Notes: a model not told the origin generated them from the letters alone. Positions 48,840-59,082 are shown, counted from the first letter of the stretch. The stretch is 64,000 bases of DNA from Candidatus Bathyarchaeota archaeon (GCA_029259355.1 JAPDIZ010000003.1:147710-211709), one strand, 5' to 3'. A program made the numbers and translations.

Positions 48840-50009
48840 TTAATGGCGACAAGCGGCTTGCAACACCTTCTCCAACACATCTGCGTAGCTTGGTGGCTGC
48901 TGTGGTAGGGGCTGCTCTTTACCAGCTAAGGTCCCTAAGATCGATTCAGCAAGCTTTTGGCTATCTATCTCCTCAAGAACGGAGACGCCGCGTTTGCCTT
49001 TTAGATGCGGTTGTTGCGCGGTTACCACGGGTTTTCCCACGCAAAGGGCTTCGTATATCTTGAAGGGTGTGTAATACATCCCTTTTCTCCTCGTTAGAGG
49101 ATGTTTTTCGGGGTTTAGAGGTGCTACCACCACATCTGCTGCGTTTAGGTAGTTGGGTACTTCATCGTGAGGAACTGGTCCTGTAAACACGAATGCCTCG
49201 CTTAGCCTAAGCTTGTGAACGAGTTGTTGGTGCTTTTGGTAGTGAGGGCCTATCATCAGAAACTTGGTTCTGGGCTCTTTTTTAAGCACTTTTTTAGCTG
49301 CCTTTATTAAGTCGTCTACTCCGTGCCATGGGGCGAAGCTTCCCACATAGGCTACTACTGGTCGATCTTCTTCGATTCCGAGCTTTTTTCTAACCGCTTT
49401 TCCCGCCTCGATATTTGGTCTGAACTTTTCGATATCTACGGGAACTGGTACTTCAGCTACTTTGTTTCGCATCAGCCTATGCCTCTTCAGAAGCGGAAAG
49501 AGCCCCGGATATGCCATAATCTTCTTTGCCCTTAGCGTGGAGAGGATGCTTATTTCGGGAGAGTTTGCAGCAACGACCATTGGCTTTCTAGTCAATATGC
49601 TGGCTATTGCTCCAGCTCCGTAGGAGCTCTCCCTCTCGATAACCACGTCAACTCTGTATCTCTTTATGATGAGCGCTGTGTAAAGTCCTACGTAAATGGG
49701 GTGTATGAGCTTTAGGTATATCTTATAGACTGGGGTTAGGAGCTTCTTCAACAGCTCGGCGAAGAAGCTCGGGGTTTTTTCCTCGAGCTTTGGCTGTGTA
49801 AGTGGCGGCTCCGCAACGATTCCTCTGTGTATTCTGTGAAGGAGATATCCATCAAGCTTTTGATGAGCTGGTTGACCAGATAGACGCCTACAGACTATGT
49901 GAACTATATGACCTCGCTTCACTAGCCCTTTTCCTAAGTGCTCGGCATGTATAGATGAACCTCTTTGATAAGGAATTATGACATCCGATGCCACATAGCA
50001 TATTCTCAA
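48840..50009 (-). CDS. GT4 glycosyltransferase (G+C-richer than its neighbours)
   Basis: 389 aa with a TTG start. Motifs: MRICYVASDVIIPYQRGSSIHAEHLGKGLVKRGH, YVGSFAPWHGVDDL, FKIYEALCVGKPVVTA. Confidence 0.8.
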   Translation of the reverse strand: MRICYVASDVIIPYQRGSSIHAEHLGKGLVKRGHIVHIVCRRLSGQPAHQKLDGYLLHRIHRGIVAEPPLTQPKLEEKTPSFFAELLKKLLTPVYKIYLKLIHPIYVGLYTALIIKRYRVDVVIERESSYGAGAIASILTRKPMVVAANSPEISILSTLRAKKIMAYPGLFPLLKRHRLMRNKVAEVPVPVDIEKFRPNIEAGKAVRKKLGIEEDRPVVAYVGSFAPWHGVDDLIKAAKKVLKKEPRTKFLMIGPHYQKHQQLVHKLRLSEAFVFTGPVPHDEVPNYLNAADVVVAPLNPEKHPLTRRKGMYYTPFKIYEALCVGKPVVTAQQPHLKGKRGVSVLEEIDSQKLAESILGTLAGKEQPLPQQPPSYADVLEKVLQAACRH

Positions 50010-50211
50010 CGCATAGACTCACCGCTTCCAATAAGTAAACGCCGATTTCATCCCTCTTTGTGTTTTAATATAAAATCAAATTTTTGCGTAACTCTGGTAT
50101 TGGATTACTATTCAGGTCGTAAATTTTTTGAGTGGCATCCCGTAGACTCATCGTCTGTTTTGCATTACTTAGAGAAATCTCTATAATTTAGAAACAGTCG
50201 CTTATGTGGAC

Positions 50212-50227
50212 AAAGTTAAATATTTTA
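50212..50227 (+). promoter_or_regulatory. Candidate archaeal TATA box (aaagTTAAATAtttta) for the family B / family A gene pair
   Basis: An A/T-rich TTAAATA element centred about 32 nt upstream of ATG 50251. This spacing would give a very short or absent leader. Based on sequence pattern only. Confidence 0.3.
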
Positions 50228-50250
50228 CTCACAATCAAACCTAATGCTTT

Positions 50251-52011
50251 ATGCGAGGAATTAGAGTTTTGAGCAACATATCTCTGCAAAAGCTTAGTAT
50301 GAAAAAACTCTTGAAACAAATCTTTACTGCAGCAAAGACTTATGACGATGACGCTATTATCAAAAATACTATTCTAGCTTTTTCTTTGTCTCTTCTACTG
50401 CTATTCAATTTGTGCTTAGTAGCGGGCAAAGACCCTAGGCTGAAGGTATTTGTAATTGCCGAAGATCAGAAGACGTTTTTCCATATGAAGGAGGAGATAG
50501 AGCAGATTTCGCCAAACATAGTTGTGTATGGTCTTGAAGATGAGAAAAATGAGTTGCCACTTCTCGCGAAGCTTAACTGTATAGGAGTCCTCGTCTTGGT
50601 TTATGAAAATAACCCACAGTTTTTTCTAAAAGAAGAGATTGTTCATACTATGGTGTGTGTAGATCGCTGCATAATTTTGCTTAAAAACTATTCACTAAGT
50701 GAAAAGGAAAAAATAGTATCCACGTTACGAAGTAGATTACCGCCCAATACAGGGATTATTGATAATGAACAACAATTGCTTGGTTACATCAAGGAATATA
50801 GCAGCAGGCGTCATTCTATTAATCTTCTTGGAGTTGAGTGGAATCTTCAACAATATATTTTCTTCGTAAGAGTGATATCGATTGTCTCATTGATTGTTTT
50901 ATTTATAGGTCAATTCCTAATTACATCGATGTGTATTGTAATGAATAACAAGTCGTATGAATTTCCGATAGAGTCTTTCCTCAGCGCTCTCCTCATTTCT
51001 GGAGCGATTTTCTTAATAATGCAGCTGTCTTATAGATCTTGTAGCGCATTACTTGAAATACCTCTTTCGCTGCACTGTACCAAAGCTTTTGAAAACCCTT
51101 TTCGTGCGCTTACTGCGATCAACTTTTTGGGGCCTTTTGGTGGAGGAACTATTCCTAGGCTTTTGGCGTCGCTTCTTGGCTCATTTACTGCTGTATGCTT
51201 CTTCGGTTGGACTCGAAGCAAAAGAGAATTGATTCCAAAAATTTTTCTTATAGGCTTATTTTTCTCAACTGCTCTTTTGATGTTTACGTTCGCTACTGTG
51301 AGCTATGGATCTGATTTGGTTGTAATTAAGTACTTTTTTGATAGGTCGGCGGATTTTGTGCAGTATTACCAGTATTGGTTTGTGGGTTTATCGGTAATTT
51401 CTAGAGGGATTATGTTGCTTTTTATTGGAGTGGCTATGATCTGTGCTTTTCGCAACGCATCGGACAAGATATACTCGTTTTTTGCTCCTTTCTCTGTTGT
51501 TTTGTTGGCTTGGGGTGGTATGCGAATTGGGAACATGAATTTTGAGCAAACCCTCAATAGCTTTATCGCAGGCTTGATCACTTCTTTAGGCATATACTTT
51601 ATCCTAACAACTTACTTGAGTTTTGAAAATAATGCGAGATATTTGTGGAGTAATAGAAAAATTGTTGTTAAAATGTCTTTAAGTAGGAAAAATGTTCTAC
51701 CTACCTATTGCTTAGCTATTGGCTTCGCATCTTTTGTAATCCTTTTGTTTAATGTAGCAGGGGTTTTGCATCAATTTTTGTTTTCACTATTGTTGATTGC
51801 TACCTCAATTCTTTTAATACCTAGTGTGAAAGTTTTATACGCAGATGACGTGAGGGTCAATTTCTTAAGGATTTTTCTTGTGCTTCCTGTAGCTGTGGCG
51901 CTATGGACTATTACGTGGATTTTGCCTGATGGGGTTTCACTTTTCTTCATCTTTGTAACAGGTTTTGTTGCATATATGAATATTGTCCTTCAGAAAATGA
52001 AAAAGTTCTAG
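50251..52011 (+). CDS. Membrane protein, family B copy 2; function unknown
   Basis: 586 aa with KVFVIAEDQKTF...LNCIGVLVLVYEN, LEIPLSLHCTK, LGPFGGGTIPRLLASL and AWGGMRIGNMNFEQ. It is a paralog of 30212..31912 and lies 88 nt upstream of family A copy 3. Confidence 0.85.
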   Translation: MRGIRVLSNISLQKLSMKKLLKQIFTAAKTYDDDAIIKNTILAFSLSLLLLFNLCLVAGKDPRLKVFVIAEDQKTFFHMKEEIEQISPNIVVYGLEDEKNELPLLAKLNCIGVLVLVYENNPQFFLKEEIVHTMVCVDRCIILLKNYSLSEKEKIVSTLRSRLPPNTGIIDNEQQLLGYIKEYSSRRHSINLLGVEWNLQQYIFFVRVISIVSLIVLFIGQFLITSMCIVMNNKSYEFPIESFLSALLISGAIFLIMQLSYRSCSALLEIPLSLHCTKAFENPFRALTAINFLGPFGGGTIPRLLASLLGSFTAVCFFGWTRSKRELIPKIFLIGLFFSTALLMFTFATVSYGSDLVVIKYFFDRSADFVQYYQYWFVGLSVISRGIMLLFIGVAMICAFRNASDKIYSFFAPFSVVLLAWGGMRIGNMNFEQTLNSFIAGLITSLGIYFILTTYLSFENNARYLWSNRKIVVKMSLSRKNVLPTYCLAIGFASFVILLFNVAGVLHQFLFSLLLIATSILLIPSVKVLYADDVRVNFLRIFLVLPVAVALWTITWILPDGVSLFFIFVTGFVAYMNIVLQKMKKF

Positions 52012-52099
52012 CTTAAAAAAGCTGTGATAGTATTGTTTTCCATGATGTCTTAGATGAGGGGTTCGTTTCATCCCCATAAAAAGTTTTTAAAGGTGCTAT

Positions 52100-53851
52100 A
52101 TGGTGATTGAGGTAAAATTTGGTGATTTGTTGCGGGATAAGCCGATTTGGCAGCGATCATTTGAACAAATGCATCAACAAATGCTTTTGTTCATAGTTGC
52201 GGCTATTGGGTATATTCTTTTGCTTACTACGTATTGGTTAATTGGATTTGCAATAATTTTTTGTTTAGCACTTTCTAGATTCGTTCATTTAAGACTATCA
52301 ACACCTATTATCATCAAAAGGGTTCTCGTGTTAGTTATCTTAATCCTACTTGCTGTTGCGTCGCTACCCTGTTCTTTCTATGGTGAGATTAGCGAATTTG
52401 TTGTAGAGAGTGGTTATACGGTGGGTGTGGCGTTTTTGCTTCTTCCAAATCTTTACTATATTTTTATGGGAATTTTTGGAGAGTTCTCCGATATCGTTGT
52501 CTATGCGATAAATCTTCTGCTCTTTTTTGCACTATTTTCTCTATTGCTTCATGAAGAGGAGAGATGTATCGGTGTTCGAAAGCTATTGAAAATTCACATT
52601 ATGAAGGTTCGTAGGGTAAAAGTTTCTAGAAATGCTTTGAGGTGGTTGTTTCTTCTTTTTTGTATGCTTCCCATTTTCTTAATGTTTCTTAAGCTTTTCT
52701 ATGGTACTCAAGGTTTTTGGCTGTTTTCTGTAGCAGATATGTTGCTACGTAAGCTACGAATCACGACAGTAGTAATACCCTACCTCGTCCTTCCACTTGT
52801 TATCATTTGGCCAAGAATTCTAGAAGTCTCTGACCAATTTCTCAAAAAAGAATTAGCATATATTGGGAAAAGGGTTGTAAAGTGTTACCACTTTATGATT
52901 TTGTTCATAATCCTTTGGTTTCTATTCTTAGATTTGACTCATGTATCGCTTAATGACCCCAACCTATGCATGACCGATGACAGACATTACTTTAGAATAT
53001 GGACTCATATGAGGAGTGGAGCAAGTTTTTACGAAGCGTGGGCGAGGGAAAATCCTGAAAATACTGAGGCTCATATTCACTGGTCAGCTCCCTTTTTCAT
53101 CTGGGCTCTCTGTAAAAACGTGTGGTGTATAAAGCTAGAGTACTTCATACTTGGTGCAGTTTCTCTCATATGCTCTTTCTTCTTCGCAAAAAAGATGACA
53201 GAAAATTATGTTATTGGGATTTTGTCGATGCTTTATTTGCTATGCTTTTACTCAAGAGGGTTCTTTTGGTTTATGTTGGATCACTGGGCTACTGTTCCAG
53301 AAATGCTTGGGCTCGTGTTTATGGTGTTTCAGCAACACGTTTTATCTGCAATCTTCTTGGGAATGTCGTTTTTCTTCAAAGAGAGCTTTATTACAGTAAT
53401 CGCATCCACAGCTGCTGTCTTCGCACTTTGGGCTATCTATCTTCACTTCGTAAAAAGAACAAAGATTTCGCTTGTAGAATACGGATCTTATAGCTTAGCT
53501 TTTCTCGCTGTGATTTCTTTTATAGCATACCACTCTGCAACTTATGCAGGTCCCGTATTCAGCAAGTTCTTTTTTGGAGAGATTCACCTAAACTTTTTGC
53601 TACACCACTTCTGCTACTACATGTATCCAATTGGTCTCGTAAACTTTTTGTTAGCTATTTTGGGAATCCTATCAATATCCGATAGAAAAATACAGGCTGT
53701 TTTGCTGGCAATCATTGTAGTCACTCATCTCTCTTTCTTGCTAATCATACATGGGTGCTCAGATGTTTTAGCAAGAAATGCGGCGCCAGCTGTTTTCGTC
53801 GAGTTCTTATTAGCTCCTCTTGGAATTGCAACGCTGTCATCCAAGTCTTGA
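52100..53851 (+). CDS. Polytopic membrane protein, family A copy 3; function unknown
   Basis: 583 aa with NDPNLCMTDDRHYFRIW, SGASFYEAW, CKNVWCIKLEYF, SRGFFWFMLDHW and FFFKESF. The start codon is uncertain. Confidence 0.83.
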   Translation: MVIEVKFGDLLRDKPIWQRSFEQMHQQMLLFIVAAIGYILLLTTYWLIGFAIIFCLALSRFVHLRLSTPIIIKRVLVLVILILLAVASLPCSFYGEISEFVVESGYTVGVAFLLLPNLYYIFMGIFGEFSDIVVYAINLLLFFALFSLLLHEEERCIGVRKLLKIHIMKVRRVKVSRNALRWLFLLFCMLPIFLMFLKLFYGTQGFWLFSVADMLLRKLRITTVVIPYLVLPLVIIWPRILEVSDQFLKKELAYIGKRVVKCYHFMILFIILWFLFLDLTHVSLNDPNLCMTDDRHYFRIWTHMRSGASFYEAWARENPENTEAHIHWSAPFFIWALCKNVWCIKLEYFILGAVSLICSFFFAKKMTENYVIGILSMLYLLCFYSRGFFWFMLDHWATVPEMLGLVFMVFQQHVLSAIFLGMSFFFKESFITVIASTAAVFALWAIYLHFVKRTKISLVEYGSYSLAFLAVISFIAYHSATYAGPVFSKFFFGEIHLNFLLHHFCYYMYPIGLVNFLLAILGILSISDRKIQAVLLAIIVVTHLSFLLIIHGCSDVLARNAAPAVFVEFLLAPLGIATLSSKS

Positions 53852-53866
53852 GGAAAGAGTGGTTTG

Positions 53867-55138
53867 TTAAAGGCTTTGTGTAGTGGGTGTGGGATGGTAG
53901 AAGCATTGCGCAGGTTTCATACTGTATAACCAGTCAGAATTTGATGCAGTTTGCACTAATTCTTGTATTTTTTCCAATTTGTTGTTTGCTATTTTAACGT
54001 GTAGTGGAATGATTTCCATCTTTGTTTTTCCGAGAAGAGATGAGGAGGGTATGTAGAGGTTTGTCGAAGCAATTATAAGCAGTATCAGTAGTGGAAGCAC
54101 TTGTCTCGGCAATGATTTTTCGCTAGAAATTTTCTCCAAGAATTCACTCAGTCCGTAGGAGGCTATTATTAGGAAGAGTGGGGTATAGTGCACCATGTGC
54201 TGATCGCTGTGGGGAAGTGTCGGCACTAGGAATATGTGGAATAGGTAGCAGTATATTGCCCAAGTAGGAAGAAAAAGCAACCTGTTTTTGTACAGATATA
54301 TGAAACCGAGTAAAGCAAAAAGAAGTGGAAGGAGTGTAGCTCCTAGAGCGAAGGGTAGCCAACAAGCTATGTTGGTGTTAAAGTAGAAGGGGATGTATTG
54401 CTTTTCGAAGATGCCATACCACTTGATTCTCATCAAGAGTGGGTATAGAGGATGCCCATAGCGGAATTGACATACCATCGCAAATAATGAGAATGTGAGC
54501 AGAAAAGAGATTGAAGAGATAGCTAGATGTTTTGCATCTAAACTATTTGTCAAAACCATTGCAAAAGCCCAAATTATTAGTGGTGGAATTAGGTAGAGAG
54601 CGCTTTCTTTTGCCCAGAGGCATAGCGCTAATGATACTCCGATTAGTGCAGCGACCTTTGCTTCTCTTTTCTCTAAATACGCTGCGATTAGCCCAAATGT
54701 AAGAACCATAAACGCGCCTAGGATTGCGTCGTTGAGCACTCTGTGCTCGTACCAGCTTAACTGCCAGTTCCATCCAACTAGTAGTGCGGAGAGATACCCT
54801 ATCTTCTCGCTTTTGAGGTAGTATCTTCCTACTAAGTAAGCTCCAAGCATTAGCAATAGCAGCGACAGGATGCCCCAGCTACAGAGACTATACAGAAACC
54901 AAGGAAAACCTAGTGCTTTGTACAAAGCGCCGATGTAGACGTGTAGCAGAATCATTTTGTCTGGTACTACTGGAGTTGAGGCTTCTCCAACTAAGTACAT
55001 CCCAGTGATGATGTTCCAGTACTCATCTGGGTAATGCTTTATTGGATATCCGCCGTAAAGCCAAGCAAGGATGCAGTGATAAACTACTGTGGCAAAAGCT
55101 CCCAATCGATATGATGCCTCGACTTTGCCATACGCCAC
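53867..55138 (-). CDS. Polytopic membrane protein, family C copy 3; GT-C-like
   Basis: 423 aa with a GTG start. Motifs: YPDEYW, LGFPWFLY, VGWNWQLSWYEHRVLNDAIL, LWAKE. It is convergent with family A copy 3, with 15 nt between the stops. Confidence 0.8.
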   Translation of the reverse strand: MAYGKVEASYRLGAFATVVYHCILAWLYGGYPIKHYPDEYWNIITGMYLVGEASTPVVPDKMILLHVYIGALYKALGFPWFLYSLCSWGILSLLLLMLGAYLVGRYYLKSEKIGYLSALLVGWNWQLSWYEHRVLNDAILGAFMVLTFGLIAAYLEKREAKVAALIGVSLALCLWAKESALYLIPPLIIWAFAMVLTNSLDAKHLAISSISFLLTFSLFAMVCQFRYGHPLYPLLMRIKWYGIFEKQYIPFYFNTNIACWLPFALGATLLPLLFALLGFIYLYKNRLLFLPTWAIYCYLFHIFLVPTLPHSDQHMVHYTPLFLIIASYGLSEFLEKISSEKSLPRQVLPLLILLIIASTNLYIPSSSLLGKTKMEIIPLHVKIANNKLEKIQELVQTASNSDWLYSMKPAQCFYHPTPTTQSL

Positions 55139-55251
55139 TGTCTCTAACCACCTAATGCTTCCAAGATTTGGGTATTTGAGAATGGGTTTCTAGCTACTCC
55201 ATTCTCTAAAACCTTTTTGGAGCTAGATTACTAAAAGAAACCACCACATTA

Positions 55252-56640
55252 TTAGCGTAGATTACTTGATGTAGATCTTTTCCCTAGGAGTTTGTGTGAT
55301 AAGTTCTGCGTAAGTATCGTGGCTAGCGGTATCACTATTGAGGAAGCGAGGAGTATGTCTAGATAAAGTGGCTTAGGATTTGTCAATGGATTCTCTAGTT
55401 GTTTAGCATACCAGTAGGCTAAGGGATACTTGTCTTGTGGAAGAGTTCTTCGCTTGATGACGTACTCATGAATAAACTCGTGTTTGTTTATGTCTAGAGA
55501 TAGGGCCTTTATCCAGTCCATGGGAGAAAGATTGTTTTGTAGCTTAATTGGCGGAGGAAACTTGCTATAGCTTAGCAAGATTGTAGCTATCAGCAGTAAA
55601 GAGCCCAGCCACTTGCCTTTGCGAAAAACTTCTTCAAATCCAATAGATGTTAAGACGATGAGCGGTATCAGCCACCACAGAAAGTACCTCTCGTCTTGGA
55701 AGCTGGATAGTAGAGCAATGATGAAAAAAGCCATTAACCACGTGATGAAAAGCCACGCTTCTTTGCCTTCTCTGAAGGCTTTTGCAAATCCTACTGCAAA
55801 TAGCACTAGTCCTATTGGTGAGATTACGTAATAGGCTTTTCCTACATAGTAAAGTAGCCTAAGCGCTATCGAGCGTAGAGGGCTTTCAACATGGGGTTCG
55901 ACGTTTCCGAGAACTGCTCTCCAGCTAAATACGAGGGGTTTGAATAGCTTTCCAAAGAAGAGGTAGCTATAGAGTTGCCAACAGATTATGGGGGCAGCTA
56001 AAAAAACTAATGAAAGTGCTAACGTTTTTCTGTCGATACGCATATGCTTTCTTTTGGTTAGTGTGTAATGAATCGCAAATACTGCAACTAGTAGGATGCG
56101 ATCGTATCTTGTTAAAAAGGCTAAAGCAGTAGCTGTTCCCACCAAAGGTAGGTATTTCTGGTTTTGTTTTATGCTGAGAACATATAGCCAAACAGCGAGC
56201 GTTGAAAAGAAAACGGCTAGCGCATCTGATGTTAGACAAAAGGAATACCACGTATAGAGGTAGTTAGCGGATGTTAGAGCAGCTGCGACCAACCCCACCC
56301 TTCTATCAAAAAGCATCTCACAGATAAGGTAGACCATGACTACGGTCAACGCGTTCAATACTGTGAAAAGTACTAGAACACATCTAAGGCTTAGCCCAGC
56401 CTTAAAGAATATCGACATTAACCACGCGAGCAAGAAGTGAGTCCCACCTTCTGGCCCTTGGACTAAGTCATAGGGTATATCGTATCCAGCTAGATACATC
56501 CCAAGGCCGAGAAAGTCTTCGACCCACCCGTTTAATCCCAGTGGGCAGACTACGAAAGTAGCGAGGTAGAGCTTAATCGCTGTCGTAACGATTATAGTTC
56601 CTAGACATATCGCAAGAATCGCTGTGTCTGAGGTGCGCAA
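55252..56640 (-). CDS. Polytopic membrane protein, family E copy 2; GT-C (PMT_2-like) candidate
   Basis: 462 aa with a TTG start. Motifs: GMYLAGYDIPYD, VMVYLICEMLFDRRVGLVAAALTSANYLY, GTATALAFLTRYD. Confidence 0.78.
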   Translation of the reverse strand: MRTSDTAILAICLGTIIVTTAIKLYLATFVVCPLGLNGWVEDFLGLGMYLAGYDIPYDLVQGPEGGTHFLLAWLMSIFFKAGLSLRCVLVLFTVLNALTVVMVYLICEMLFDRRVGLVAAALTSANYLYTWYSFCLTSDALAVFFSTLAVWLYVLSIKQNQKYLPLVGTATALAFLTRYDRILLVAVFAIHYTLTKRKHMRIDRKTLALSLVFLAAPIICWQLYSYLFFGKLFKPLVFSWRAVLGNVEPHVESPLRSIALRLLYYVGKAYYVISPIGLVLFAVGFAKAFREGKEAWLFITWLMAFFIIALLSSFQDERYFLWWLIPLIVLTSIGFEEVFRKGKWLGSLLLIATILLSYSKFPPPIKLQNNLSPMDWIKALSLDINKHEFIHEYVIKRRTLPQDKYPLAYWYAKQLENPLTNPKPLYLDILLASSIVIPLATILTQNLSHKLLGKRSTSSNLR

Positions 56641-57018
56641 GCCTAATCACCATGCCTAATTTGGGTTAAAGGAATCGGTTCTAAAAGCCTTATACAATTT
56701 TCTGAGCCTTAGAAGCGAGCCATTGCTTATGAGGTGAAAGAATCTGTTTTCTTAACTACTACCTTCCCTAAGTTTTTTCAGAAGAGTCTTTAGCAAAGAT
56801 TGAGAAAGTTTCATGGTCGTAGTCGACTGATGGCTTGGGAGAAGGCTAATCATGATTCTAATGTGAGGAGCTCTTTTGAAATCGTCTACGACTAATATGA
56901 GGTGATCGTTTTCCACGAAAAGGCCTTAGAGATTAGGGGACTAAAGTCGTTCTTGGTGTGGCGATGAGCTGTCTTGCGCTTTTTCTTCAAAGTTTTTGGC
57001 GCTGTATTCGGTGTTTTG

Positions 57019-57327
57019 CTAAGTTAGCTGTATGATGTGGTTGCTTGATTTCTTGAGGTAGTGTTTGGCTTCTGTTTTTGTTAGTAGGTGTATTTCGAAT
57101 GGGTGGTGTGGTGGGAGGTTTAGCTTTTCCTCGATTATTAGCTTGATTCGGCTTCTGTCTGCGGGTTTTTCCGGAACTCTATCCGATACCACCAATACGT
57201 CGACGTCGCTTGATGCTACGTAGTCTCCTCTTGCTACGCTTCCAACTACGTATACCTTGGCATCTGGCAAAAGCTCAGCTACTTCTTGAGCTATCTTCTC
57301 CACCCACTTCCTCCAGTTTTTGAGCAT
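57019..57327 (-). CDS. Minimal nucleotidyltransferase (MNT), antitoxin-type partner of the adjacent HEPN protein
   Basis: 102 aa. VYVVGSVARGDYVASSDVDVLVV carries the G-S...D-x-D polymerase-beta-type NTase motif. Confidence 0.85.
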   Translation of the reverse strand: MLKNWRKWVEKIAQEVAELLPDAKVYVVGSVARGDYVASSDVDVLVVSDRVPEKPADRSRIKLIIEEKLNLPPHHPFEIHLLTKTEAKHYLKKSSNHIIQLT

Positions 57328-57362
57328 GTTTGCTCTGGAGAGGAGTGTATCGATGTATGTGC

Positions 57363-57713
57363 TCAGAGCTCGTCACCCACGGCTTCTTTCACAACCTCTA
57401 TTGTTTTTTGGGCTATTTCAATAGCGTCTTCTGTGTCTTCTCGACTATATTCTTTTGCGAAGTACCTAGCCATTATGTACGCGTCTTCTAGGACGGATAA
57501 CTTAACTCTGTTTGTTTTGGCGAAGTCTTCTAGCTTCTTCGACTTCGTAGCCTTTGCTAGCTCGCTTAGTAGCTGTCTTATCCTGTGCGTTCGTGGGTAG
57601 TCGCCGACTGTTCGGAGGAGGGCGGATTTGAGGAATAGCTGGAGGGATTGTTCGGCTAAAAAACACGCTACATCATACGCACGTCTCCCAATGGCTTCTC
57701 GAGCGCTTTCCAA
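57363..57713 (-). CDS. HEPN-domain protein (toxin-type partner of the MNT)
   Basis: 116 aa, alpha-helical in character, with a TTG start immediately after an in-frame TAG. AYDVACFLAEQSLQLFLKSALL and YPRTHRIRQLLSEL fit the HEPN pattern. It lies 35 nt upstream of the MNT gene on the same strand. Confidence 0.75.
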   Translation of the reverse strand: MESAREAIGRRAYDVACFLAEQSLQLFLKSALLRTVGDYPRTHRIRQLLSELAKATKSKKLEDFAKTNRVKLSVLEDAYIMARYFAKEYSREDTEDAIEIAQKTIEVVKEAVGDEL

Positions 57714-57908
57714 AAAACTCTATTGCTCTTCTTTCTAGAACTTCGACTTCTCTCCTGTGTTCTGCATCCACCTAAGCGGCACACCCCAGATCTAGCCATA
57801 GGTTTGTGGACGCCCTTACTTAAGAGTGGTTTTGCGTGAGGGAAGTAGAACGCTTCACCACCAACCTATTTAGGGGGATTTTGCTGTTGGGTTTTTAGGT
57901 GCTGTTGA

Positions 57909-59069
57909 TTGCGAATAGCCTTTACAGTACCCTCCTTCTACCCCTTCGTCGGCGGTGTGGAGACATACGTGTTTTCGATTTCTAGGGAGCTCGTTAGCCT
58001 CGGGTGCGATATCGTAGTCTTTTCGCCGAACAGAGTCGCTGGTCAACGGGTTTCGCGCGACCTAGATACTGTTGGTGGCGTTGAGGTTAGGTATGTACAC
58101 GTGCCTATAGAGCTTAGCTATCGTGCGAGGGTTTGGCCTCGCTTAGCTAAGGAGTTGGCGAGAATTGGCTCTGGAGTTGACTTGATACACTGTATAGGCG
58201 ATGGCCACTTCCACTCCTTAGTCTCTCCCCACATCGCTAGCAAGTTGGGCAAGCCTTTGGTCGTTACCACTTACGGACCCCTATACCTCCAGACCGAGTA
58301 CTCAGTTCTTAAGAAGCCGTTTTTCGACTTCTACGACGCCTTTATCGATCCATACGTCTTTAGGAGGGCTTCAGCTGTCTGCATAAGGTTTCCAGAGCTT
58401 AGGGATTGGGCAATTGCTCATGGAGCGCGAAAGAACTCTATCTACTTAACGCCTTCGGGCTTGTCTAAGGAGTTTTTGGAGAAGGTGGATGGAAAGCTCT
58501 TCATGGATAGGTTTGGCCTCGATCCCCCCATTGTCCTCTACGTGGGTAGGCTTACTCCACAAAAAGGCGTCCACTACTTCGTAGCTTCAGCTAAGCAGGT
58601 GGCTTCTGAAATTCCCGACGCTAAGTTCGTGGTGGTCGGTCCCGATCAGGTTGGGTTTAGGCCCTATCTAGAGGCTTTGGCTCAGAAGCTCGGGGTCGAT
58701 AAGAACTTGGTGTTTCTTGACCCCATTAGGGATGCGCTTCTCGAGATGAGCGCCTACGCCGCATGCGATGTTTTTGCGATGTACAGCGCATTTGAGGGCT
58801 TTAGCCAAGCAGTTGTTAAGGCTATGGCTCAGGAGAAGCCTGTGGTGGTTTCTCAGGTAGGGGGGCTTCCCTACGAGGTAAGCTATGGTAGGTGTGGAGT
58901 GGTTGTTCCCTATGGAAGCGCCGAAAAGCTTGGGAAGGCGATTTTGGAGGTTTTGTCTAACCCAGCCTATTTCCGTGACATGGCTAGGAGGGCTCGCGAG
59001 AGAGCGAAGCTGTTTACGTTTGACAAGCTTGCTAGAGACCTCCTCAACGTTTACGAGAAGCTTGTCTAG
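57909..59069 (+). CDS. GT4 glycosyltransferase
   Basis: 386 aa with a TTG start. Motifs: MRIAFTVPSFYPFVGGVETYVF, LYVGRLTPQKGVHYF, YSAFEGFSQAVVKAMAQEKPVVVSQVGGLPYEVSYGRCGVVVP. Confidence 0.88.
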   Translation: MRIAFTVPSFYPFVGGVETYVFSISRELVSLGCDIVVFSPNRVAGQRVSRDLDTVGGVEVRYVHVPIELSYRARVWPRLAKELARIGSGVDLIHCIGDGHFHSLVSPHIASKLGKPLVVTTYGPLYLQTEYSVLKKPFFDFYDAFIDPYVFRRASAVCIRFPELRDWAIAHGARKNSIYLTPSGLSKEFLEKVDGKLFMDRFGLDPPIVLYVGRLTPQKGVHYFVASAKQVASEIPDAKFVVVGPDQVGFRPYLEALAQKLGVDKNLVFLDPIRDALLEMSAYAACDVFAMYSAFEGFSQAVVKAMAQEKPVVVSQVGGLPYEVSYGRCGVVVPYGSAEKLGKAILEVLSNPAYFRDMARRARERAKLFTFDKLARDLLNVYEKLV

Positions 59070-59072
59070 GAG

Positions 59073-59082
59073 CTTTTTTTTT
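59073..59082 (+). terminator. Oligo-T tract (T10) directly after the GT4 stop codon
   Basis: The sequence tag-gagc-tttttttttt lies 4 nt after the stop at 59069. Oligo-T runs are the usual archaeal intrinsic termination signal. Confidence 0.5.

Noticed and set aside
56770-56937. A 56-codon minus-strand frame starting at a GTG (VENDHLILVVDDFKRAPHIRIMISLL...KKLREGSS) lies in the spacer upstream of the TA pair.
   Set aside because: It is below the ORF-track threshold, has no recognisable family and no supporting signals. It is mentioned only as a possible remnant at the composition boundary.
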